From Laetmonice hystrix (taxonomy: Eukaryota): a stretch of DNA of 64,000 bases. The notes beneath the pieces are model-generated. The model ran no database searches. It was not told where the DNA came from and saw only the letters and a list, made by a program, of their open reading frames with translations. The stretch covers positions 4,900,001 through 4,964,000 of the forward strand of contig OZ249436.1 of NCBI GenBank assembly GCA_965235115.1. The letters are read 5' to 3'. This document shows positions 36,912-47,000 of this stretch, one piece after another. The number at the start of each line of letters is the position of its first letter. The first letter of the stretch is position 1. The position numbers and the translations under genes are program-made.

Positions 36912-38577
36912 AACCTAAAATATTGTTATTCTTGAAAACGCGCCCTCTTTTTGGCAAGCAGGTATCCTTTCAAAATTGATGGGCGTACGCCCTTAAAGAC
37001 ACGTAATGTCCTTCTGAACTTCTAACATTTTTCTACTCCAAGCGGTCCTGGACGCGCTTTATATCCGGGCACAGATCTATACCACGAAAACTTCCAATAT
37101 TTCAGGTGTGAAATTTCGTTTCTGTTAGGACAGACTAAGCGTGTCTTCCTCTTTTAAACTTGTTTTTCACCTCGTGAAATAAGGTCCGGTATGAAGTACA
37201 ATGTACTAACAGATCTCGCGTTTGCTCGTGTCGAACAACTGGATCGCGTTTCCCTTCGGCTAACTGCACAAAGTCGTTCACTTTCATTCCCAGAAGGCTA
37301 CCCTTTCAAACGGATGGACGTGCTCTCATAAATTCATCGCCTTTTATCGATTCGTTTGAAATAACACCAGCCTGCAGAAGCCTTTTAGAATCTATAGCAT
37401 AAATTTCTTATCCCTAGTGGGAATAACTTTTGATGTGATTGAGCACTACGTCAAATAGTTCCTTTTCTCCTTGTAGGTCAAACTTCAGCACTTCGACGTC
37501 TTTTTGTTCTACAACCCTGTACGCCTAGTCCAATTCTCCCCATGCAAGCCTGGAGCCCATCTGAAATTTTCGGAGGTTCAAAATGTCCAACCAGTTCCCC
37601 AAATGTTAGACGAGAGACTAAAGGAAAGGAGAACAGACCAGGACTTTGTCAATCAATATTAGCCTATAGCTAATATTTAGGCATTAGTTATTCAAACAGT
37701 TTTGGTTCTGGCTTTCGAGGGATTTTGAAAATGGTTCAGACCTGGCATTATAGGCCGGCTGCGGGTCTGTTCCACTTTATACAACGATTCTGGCTCCAAG
37801 CTTGCTCTTCAGGATGAAAACATAGAGGGTCTACACTACTGCGGGGGGGGGGGGGGGTAAGTTAGGCCCTACATGACTGGAGTCCCTCCTGTTGTCGATG
37901 TGTAAAAATATATCGGCCATGGCGTTCGTTCCACTCCATTGATCTGACCATATTACGACTTGTGTCGTCTGCTCGACTCCACCGCACGACGCCCAGGTCC
38001 CAACTCAGTCCCCTGCCCCTATCGTCTGGTCGAGTAGACTTACATCAATCTGTATAATCCACAAATGTAGTAGGCCCATGAGGAGGACCGAGGCGGCATG
38101 CAGATGAAAGGCTTATTGTGTAATCCACAGGGCCTTTCGCATGCACACAACTCCCAGTGACAGGTGTATGACATTGTATACCTTTGCCCTGGCCAATATA
38201 CAGTGTTGGTCGATCTATAGGTAAAATAATATTGACCAGCCGGCCCGGGTCGGAAGAGCGCCATTAGCCTCATTTACATGCGGAGTCAATCGGCCTTGCT
38301 GCTTTCAGGTGGCAGCTATGTATATAGGGCCTAATGGAGTTATTTGGGCACATGCAGTATTTAGACCATCAACAATCCCATCGTGCACATTCCAAAGATT
38401 GATGGGAAAGCGAAGGAATACGCCCGATTTCCGACGGACGCGATTTGCTCGCGCCGAAAGTAGAGTAGAAAGTAGAGTTGAAGAGATTGCAGCAATTTCC
38501 ACCAGACGCGCCGGCGGCATGATGCGCCGAGTTCTATATTTTTAACGCGCGCGTGGCGTATACAGGGTCCTAATCAT

Positions 38578-39650
38578 GAGTGGCGGTGGCCTAGTGGGCA
38601 TGGATGTCGACACCTTATGCTATGCGAATGGGTGCAGTAATCTTAGGGCCTGGGTTCGATTCCTGTAGAGGACTATACAACTTTTCTCTTTAGGGACATT
38701 GTCAAAGTAATTGGGTTACCCCTGATGCCCGTGCATTTCAAAAGAAAAATACAGTCAGGTGGCGTATATAGGTTTCTAATCACTACAGTCAGTTGGGGTA
38801 TATAGGTTCGTAATCACTACAGTCAGGTGGGGTATATAGGGCCCTAATTACGGGAGTGGCGGTGGCCTAGTGGGCATGGATGTCGACACCTTATGCTATG
38901 CGAATGGGTGCCATAATCTTAGGGCCTGGGTTCGATTCCTGTAGAGGACTATACAACTTTTCTCTTTAGGGACATTGTCAAAGTAATTGGGTTACCCCTG
39001 ATGCCCGTGCATTTCAAAAGAAAAATACAGTCAGGTGGCTATATAGAGACCTAATCACTACAGGCAGGTGGCGTATATAGGTTTCTGATCACTACAAGCA
39101 GGTGGGGTATATAGGTTCGTAATCACTACAGTCAGGTCTTTTATAGGGGAGTGGCGGTGGCCGAGTGGGCATGGGTATCGACACCTTATGCTATGCGAAT
39201 GGGTGCAGTAATCTTGGGGCCGGGGTTCGATTCCTGTAGAGGACTATACAACTTTTCTCTTTAAGGACATTGTCAAGGTAATTGGGTTACCCCTGATGCC
39301 CGCGTGCATTTCAAAAAAGAAAAATACAGTCTACGCCAGTGCCAGGATTACCTTAACAGTCAATGCTTGGTAGAAATCATCTGTAGCTCTATCTAGGAAA
39401 AAATGGATTCCGTCTCATTTCGGAAGATGTGTGTAGGGGGGAGGGTCCATTGTCCTGCTCGACCACCAAAGCTCCTTTTATAGGGGAGTGGCGGTGGCCG
39501 AGTGGTCATGGTTGTCGACACCTTATGCTATGCGAATGGGTGCAGTAATCTTGGGGCCGGGGTTCGAGGACTATACAACTTTTCTCTTTAGGGACAAAGT
39601 AATTGGGTTACCCCTGATGCCCGTGTATTTCAAAAAAGAAAAATACAGTG
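38578..39650 (+). mobile_element. Four tandem copies of a tRNA-derived (SINE-like) Pol III element
   Basis: Copies at 38578-38756, 38852-39032, 39146-39331 and 39483-39650. A box TGGCCTAGTGG (38587-38597) and B box GGTTCGATTCC (38653-38663); no acceptor stem. Copies 1-3 are separated by ~34-bp TACAGTCAGGTGGCGTATATAGG... repeats. Confidence 0.78.
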
Positions 39651-39937
39651 AGGTGGCGTATATATAGGGTCTTTTCTCTTTCCGGACATTCTCAAAGTAA
39701 CTGGATTACGCCTGATGCCCGTTCATTTAAAAAAAAAACAGTCTGACGCCAGTGCCATGCAGGATGACCTTAACAGTGGAATGTTCCGTAGAAATCATGT
39801 GTAGCTCTATCTAGGAAAGCATGGATTCCGTCTCGTCTCGGAAGATGTGTGTCGGGGGAGGGTGTTTTGTCCTGTTCGACCAATAAAGCTTTCTTTTTCG
39901 GGAAGTGGCGGTGGGCGAGTGCGCATGGATGTCGATA

Positions 39938-40339
39938 GGCGGGATTCACAAAACGGGGCAGAGTGGGGCGCAGCGAAGCGACGGTCCGCGCACAACAACG
40001 ATTCGCTTCGTGAGCTTATTCACAGCCAATGCGTCGCCCGCGAAAAAATGCTAATCAGTTCCAATAATACTCCGCCATGCTGTCTGTGAGCTGCAAATGT
40101 GTCTATGCAAATGTAGGCCGAGTCACACTGACGCCAACGGCGAAGAGCGCGCTTTCATTTTTTTCGCTCGGCCAGCCAAACCGAATTTTCGCTGCTCTAG
40201 GTCCGCGCGGCATCGCTTCGCACCGCTTAGTCCCGCTATACCGTCTGTGAACGGTCAATAGGATATGACTTAAAGCCAAAACTGGGAAGAATTTCGCTTC
40301 GCTGCGCCCCGCCCCGCGAGCCGTTTTTGGAATCCCGCC
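39938..40339. mobile_element. PIF/Harbinger-like MITE 1
   Basis: TIR GGCGGGATTCACAAAACGG / CCGTTTTTGGAATCCCGCC, followed by TTA. Confidence 0.82.
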
Positions 40340-40342
40340 TTA

Positions 40343-40539
40343 AGCCGCTTTCACATGAACACGGTTTGCGGCGTGCGGCATGCGGCGTGCGTTTTTGTTA
40401 ATAATGTAGCCAATGTAAATCGCCGCACACCGCAAACCGGGGGCATGTGAACGGTTATATCTATTTTCAGTTGTTCCATTTCTGCAAAAACGCACGCCGC
40501 ACGCCGCACGCCGCAAACCGTGTGCATGTGAAAGCGGCT
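40343..40539. mobile_element. PIF/Harbinger-like MITE 2
   Basis: TTA|AGCCGCTTTCACATGAACACGGTTTGCGGCG...CGCCGCAAACCGTGTGCATGTGAAAGCGGCT|TTA. Confidence 0.88.
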
Positions 40540-40836
40540 TTATGCTATGCGAATGGGTGCAGTAATCTTGGGACCGGGGTTCGATTCCAGTAGAGGACGG
40601 CCTTATACAACTTTTCTCTTTCCGGACATTCTCAAAGTAACTGGGTTACGCCTGATGCCCGTGCATTTAAAAAGAAAAAAAACAGTCAGCTCGGGTATAG
40701 GGCATATAGGGACCTAATCACTACAGGCAGGTCGGGTACATTAGGTCCTATACATAAGGTCCTAATCACTACAGTCAGGTGGCGTATATTAGGACATAGT
40801 CACTACAGGCAGGTGGCGTATAGGCCTATTTAGGGG

Positions 40837-41459
40837 TTAGATCCTGGCCTTTGGTGGTCGCCCGAGTGTCTGGTGTCAGATAACGCCCCGAGGGAATGGT
40901 TATCTGACGCCAGACCCAAGGGTGACCACTAAAGGCCAGGGTCTAATGCCTTTATAAACCAAATTTTATATTAAATGAAGCACTTGACACTACATTTACT
41001 CGCATTTTTTGGCGTTTGTTTGTGCATGCCCGTTCCGCCTTCCCGTGGCCATTCAGTTGTGTTATTCATCGACATTCCATAATGCTTTCGACCCATATGC
41101 AAATGTTCAAACCTCTAATCTTATTGGTGGAGCCGTCTTTATGCCCCGTCCACCTTGTGAGCTGACAGTAGCTGGCAGGTGCGGCGACAAGGCTCGCTTC
41201 GACAATCTGACGTAATGTTGGCAAGATATGTCTATTTTATACAGCCAATCTTCAGTACAGTGGAGACTGAGTTGGAGTTGGTGAACTTTAAACTCATGCA
41301 GACGTCATAGACGGATTGATAACCCTCCCTAGGGAGGTATATGGCAAAATAATCCCTTATGGTGACGTCACAAAGCGTCACATTATGCTCGTTCAGGGCC
41401 CAACGTTGCATGGATCATGAAGTGCGACGGATATACCACGACTAAGCGGTTTATAAAGG
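40837..41459. mobile_element. Repeat element with a terminal 48-bp hairpin and a short internal inverted repeat
   Basis: Hairpin at 40837-40946; CCTTTATAAACC (40949-40960) is inverted at 41448-41459; it interrupts the 34-bp repeats. Confidence 0.55.
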
Positions 41460-41507
41460 GCCAATAATAATGACTACAGACAGGTGGGGTACTTTAGGTC
41501 CTAATCA

Positions 41508-41672
41508 CATGGGCGTCGATACCTTATGCTATGCGAATGGGTGCAGTAATCTTGGGGCCGGGGTTCTATTCCTGTAGAGGACTATGCCCTATACAACTTT
41601 TCTCTTTAGGGACATTGTCAAAGTAATTGGGTTACCCCTGATGCCCGTGCATTTCAAAAGAAAAATACAGTC
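41508..41672 (+). mobile_element. 5'-truncated SINE-like copy
   Basis: Matches the 38578 element from ATGG..GTCGA onward; B box mutated (GGTTCTATTCC). Confidence 0.75.
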
Positions 41673-41899
41673 GGGGAGGGAGGGGTATACAGTGCGTATC
41701 AAAAAAGGTAATCCAGATCCAAGGAGTTAATATGCCCAGGTCAGTAAGTCTGACAAGTTGCAAGTGGTTTACCAATTAAGAGGAGCTCTTCGACTTTTCA
41801 TTGATACCTTTCTTGCATAATTGCTGCCACAAATAACCGAGTACACATTCATTGAAAATGACCTGTCGAAATCACTTTTTTCCAAGTTTGATGAACTGG

Positions 41900-44075
41900 G
41901 TATAAGGCTTGTCAATACATGTAGGGAGCCCTGACTGTAGTGTTTGCTCTAGTATAAGGCCAGTCACTACGTGTGAGGAGCCCTCACTGTAGTGTTTGAT
42001 CGAGTGTGACGCCAGTCAATACATGTAGGGAGCCCTCAATGTAGTGTTTGCTCTAGCCCAAGGGCATTCAATACATGTAGGGAGCCCTCACTGTAGGGCC
42101 TAGTGTTTGCTCGAGTATAACGCCAGTCAATATATGTAGGGAACCCTCACTGTAGTGTTTGCTCTAGCCCAAGGGCATTCAATACATGTAGGGAGCCCTC
42201 ACTGTACTGTTTGCTAGAATATAAGGCCAGTCAATACATGTAGGGAGCCATCACTCTACTCTTTGCTCCAGGCCAACCCAGTCATTACATGGAGGAAGCC
42301 ATCACTGTATTTTTCTTTTGAAATGCACGGGCATCAGGGGTAACCCAATTACTTTGACAATGTCCCTAAAGAGAAAAGTTGTATAGTCCTCTACAGGAAT
42401 CGAACCCCGACCCCAAGATTACTGCACCCATTCGCATAGCATAAGGTGTCGACATCCATGCCCACTAGGCCACCGCCACTCCCCTAAAAAAGGAGCTTTG
42501 GTGGTCGAGCGTGTTTGCTCGACAATAAGGCCAGTCAATACATGTATAGGGAGCCCTCACTGTAGTGTTTGCTCGAGTATAAGGCTAGTCAATACATGGA
42601 GGGATCCCTCACTGTGGTGCTTGCTCCAGCCCAGGGGCGTTCAATATTATGTAGGGAGCCCCCACTGTGTTTGCTCGAGTATAAGGCCAGTCACTACATG
42701 TGGGGAGCCCTCACTGTAGTGTTTGCACCAGTTTAAAGCTAGCCAATACATGTAGAGAGCGCTCACTGTAGTGTTTGCTGAAGTATAAGGCCAGTGAGTA
42801 TATGTAGGGAACCCTCACTGTAGTGTTTGCTGCAGTCCAAGGGCATTCAATACATGTAGGGAGCCCTCACTGTAATGTTTGCTAGAGTATAAGGCCAGTT
42901 AGTACATCTGGTGAGCCCTTGCTATGGTGTTTGCTCGAGTATAATGGCCTGGCCACACCGGGCTTACGCCGGGCTTTCGCCGGGTGCAGTGCGTGCTGCG
43001 CCGAGGAAACGCGGCGTAGAATAGAAACCGGGGTGGACAGCGCTGCGTCGGACGCTGTGATCGGCAATGGAGCGTTGCAACGCTTTTGCGAGCCACGGAA
43101 ACAGTAAAACGCAGCTTGCCGCTCTGGCCAATCAGGAGCGTGGTAGCCACAGCGGAAACAAAGTGGTGTTCGTCAGCCATTCTGCAGCGAACCTGCGGGA
43201 GACGTATCTGACGTCTGGCGGTGTCATTGGGGACATCCACAGCAGCGTGCGCCACCTGGTGTCATTCCTACCGCCTAATCCACGGCGCAAGCTGTGTGCC
43301 TCGCCGCAGTCAGTGTGGACAGTGCAGCGGCGCAGACCCTGGCGTGCGTTGGAATACTATCCCTGACGCAGCGCCGTCCACCATTTGGTGTGGACAGTAC
43401 TGCGCCGTGTTAACCCGACACTGCGTTGTATGCTGCGCAGGGATGCGGCGTGTGTCGACATTTCCCGGCGCGGCGCAGAGTATTTAATCCCCGTGGGAAA
43501 AAAATCTGGAGTCAGCTGGGGGGGGCTTAAGCCCCCAAAGCCCCCCCCCCCCCCCCAACTGGATCCGCCACTGTAGGGGGCGCCCCCACTGTAGTGTTTG
43601 CTCGACAATAAGGCCAGTCAATACATGTAGGGAGCCCTCAATGTAGTGTTTACTCGAGTACAACGCCAGGCAGTACATGTAGGGAGCCCTCACTGTAGTG
43701 TTTGCTCGAGTATAAGGCCAGTCATTACATGTAGGGAGCCCTCACTGTAGTGTTTGCTCCAGTCTAAAGCTAGCCAATATACGTAGAGAGCTCTTACTGT
43801 AGTGTTTGCTCTAGCCCAGGAGGCAATTTCAAGGGTACAGTGAGGGCTCCCTACATGTATTGAATGCCCTTGTAGCCAGTCAATACATGTAGGGAGTCCT
43901 CGCTGTGGTGTTTGCTTCAGTCTAAGCCCATTCAATACATGTAGGGAACCCTCACTGTAGTGTTTGCCCCAGTCTAAGGCCAGCCAGTACATTTAGAGAG
44001 CCGTCGCTGTTGTGTTTGCTGTCTGAGAACAGTCAATACATGTAGACAGCCCTCACTGTAGTGTTTGCTTGAGTA
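41900..44075. repeat. Diverged 52-bp minisatellite with insertions and local inversions
   Basis: Unit GTAGGGAGCCCTCACTGTAGTGTTTGCTCGAGTATAAGGCCAGTCAATACAT. Interrupted by an inverted SINE copy (42305-42484), a GC-rich insertion (~42945-43572) and one inverted unit (~43835-43872). Confidence 0.88.
42305..42484 (-). mobile_element. Inverted SINE-like copy with intact A and B boxes
   Basis: Reverse complement of the 38578 element (GGAATCGAACC and CCACTAGGCCA on the + strand). Confidence 0.8.
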
Positions 44076-47000
44076 CTGGCTACTCTTGTATACAAACAAA
44101 CGGTACAAGGAGGCCAAACAGTACAGGGAGGAATCGCTACAAGGTATATTGGCTGGCCTAGCACCCACGCGAACACTACAGTGAGGCCAAACAGTACACT
44201 GTGGGGCCAAGCAGTGTGGGAGGCCAACCAGTAGAGTGAGAAATCCCTACATCTTACCGGCTGGCCTATAGTAGCCATGCAAACACTATGTACAGTGAGG
44301 TAGTGGAAATGAAAGGTACAGGCGAGGAGCATCTAATGTTAAAATCTGGAGAAGATACTCAAATGGGAAGTGTACACATCACAACCATATATCTGTCGCG
44401 AGCGTACGAGAAATGTAGCAATTTTTCGCTTATCATTCCTTTAACCTGTCCCCCGCCTGAGAGCCACAGGTGCCTGCCAGCCCGGCCAGGTGTACGTGGT
44501 GATTCCACCGTTGGCCGGATGGCGGCAGTGCCGTCAGCCCCGCCGCCGCCGCTGCACCCTGGTGTTTGCTGCCTGCAACATCTCTGTGTAATCCTTCTTT
44601 GTTTGTTCGTTATGTGGGAATGGGATATCTGATATAGAAAAGGCGTACAACGTCATTTGCCATCGTTCACTAAACCTTTACGGCAAACAGTCATTAGGCC
44701 GAACTTACAACGTTGTCGGACGCTTACAGATGGTCTGTAGGGGACACAGATTAGATGGGAGTAGGTGATAGACCAAACGTATGGCCTGCCTCCTGGACAA
44801 TAAAGGCATGGAAACATGAAACATGAGGCGTCCCTATACTACTGGCTACTCTTGTATTCAAGCAGACGGTACAGTAAGGCCAAACAGTACAGGGGGAATC
44901 GCTACAAGGTATACTGGCTGGCCTAGCACCCAAGCGAACACTACAGTGAGGCCGAACAGTTCACTGGGGGGCCAAGCAGTGTGGTAGGCCAACCAGTAGA
45001 GTGAGAAGTCCCTACATCTTACCCGTTGGCCTCTCGTAGCCATGCAAAAACTATACAGTGAGGTAGTATAAATGAAAGGTACAGGCGAGGAGCATCTAAT
45101 GTTAAAATCTGGAGAAGATACTCGAATGTTAAGTGTACACATCACAACCATATATCTGTAGCGAACGTACGAGACCTATACGTTTGACAGTTATACATCT
45201 GGCCTAAGAATAATAATTTTTGGGGGCGTAGTTTCAATTCGACGTATCATTTTTCGCTTATCATTGCTTTAACCTGTCTCTCGCCTAAGAGCCACAGGTG
45301 CCTGCCAGCCCGGCCAGGTGTACGTGGTGATTCCACCGTTGGCCGGAAGGCGGCAGTGCAGTCAGCCTCGCCGCCGCCGCTGCGCTGCACCCTGGTGTTT
45401 TCTGCCTGCACCATCTCTGTGTAATCCTCCTTTGCTTGTTCGTTACTTGGCGATGGGATATCTAATATAGAAAAGGCGTACAACGTCATTTGCCATTGTT
45501 AACTAAACCTTGACGGCAAACAGTCATCAAACCTTGCAACGTTGTTGGACGCTTACAGATGGTCTGTAGGGGACACAGATTAGATTGGAGTAGATGATAG
45601 ACCAAACGTATGGCCTGCCTCCTGGACAATAAAGGCATGGAAACATAAAACATGAGGCGTCCCTATACTACTGGCTACTCTTGTATTCAAGCAGACGGTA
45701 CAGGAAGGCCAAACAGTACAGGGAGGAATCGCTACAAGGTATACTGGCTTGCCTAGCACCCAAGCGAACACTACAGTGAGGCCGAACAGTACACTGTGGG
45801 GCCAAACAGTGTGGTAGGCCAACCAGTAGAGTGAGAAGTCCCTACATCTTACCCGTTGGCCTCTCGTAGCCATGCAAAAACTACAGTGAGGTAGTATAAA
45901 CGAAAGGTACAGGCGAGGAGCATCTAATGTTAAAATCTGGAGAAGATACTCGAATGTTAAGTGTACACATCACAACCATATATCTATAGCGAACGTACGA
46001 GACCTATACGTTTGACAGTTATACATCTGGCCTAAGAATCATAATTTTTGGGGACGTAGTTTCAATTCGACGTATCATTTTTCGCTTATCATTGCTTTAA
46101 CCTGTCTCTCGCCTAAGAGCCACAGGTGCCTGCCAGCCCGGCCAGGTGTACGTGGTGATTCCACCGTTGGCCGGAAGGCGGCAGTGCAGTCAGCCTCGCC
46201 GCCGCCGCTGCGCTGCACCCTGGTGTTTTCTGCCTGCACCATCTCTGTGTAATCCTCCTTTGCTTGTTCGTTACTTGGCGATGGGATATCTAATATAGAA
46301 AAGGCGTACAACGTCATTTGCCATTGTTAACTAAACCTTGACGGCAAACAGTCATCAAACCTTGCAACGTTGTTGGACGCTTACAGATGGTCTGTAGGGG
46401 ACACAGATTAGATTGGAGTAGATGATAGACCAAACGTATGGCCTGCCTCCTGGACAATAAAGGCATGGAAACATAAAACATGAGGCGTCCCTATACTACT
46501 GGCTACTCTTGTATTCAAGCAGACGGTACAGGAAGGCCAAACAGTACAGGGAGGAATCGCTACAAGGTATACTGGCTTGCCTAGCACCCAAGCGAACACT
46601 ACAGTGAGGCCGAACAGTACACTGTGGGGCCAAACAGTGTGGTAGGCCAACCAGTAGAGTGAGAAGTCCCTACATCTTACCCGTTGGCCTCTCGTAGCCA
46701 TGCAAAAACTACAGTGAGGTAGTATAAACGAAAGGTACAGGCGAGGAGCATCTAATGTTAAAATCTGGAGAAGATACTCGAATGTTAAGTGTACACATCA
46801 CAACCATATATCTATAGCGAACGTACGAGACCTATACGTTTGACAGTTATACATCTGGCCTAAGAATCATAATTTTTGGGGACGTAGTTTCAATTCGACG
46901 TATCATTTTTCGCTTATCATTGCTTTAACCTGTCTCTCGCCTAAGAGCCACAGGTGCCTGCCAGCCCGGCCAGGTGTACGTGGTGATTCCACCGTTGGCC

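Larger units (their letters stand above)
39901..40687 (+). mobile_element. Fifth SINE-like copy, split by two MITEs
   Basis: 5' part at 39901-39937; sequence resumes at TTATGCTATGCGAATGGGTGCAG (40540) with a B box. Confidence 0.78.

Noticed and set aside
38578..38680. Functional tRNA-Ser/Leu gene
   Set aside because: A and B boxes are present, but the acceptor stem does not pair and there is no canonical anticodon arm; treated as a tRNA-derived element.
42945..43572. GC-rich segment with overlapping 60-118 aa ORFs
   Set aside because: Looks like a truncated MITE followed by a GGATCC-family end inserted in the minisatellite; no coding signature.
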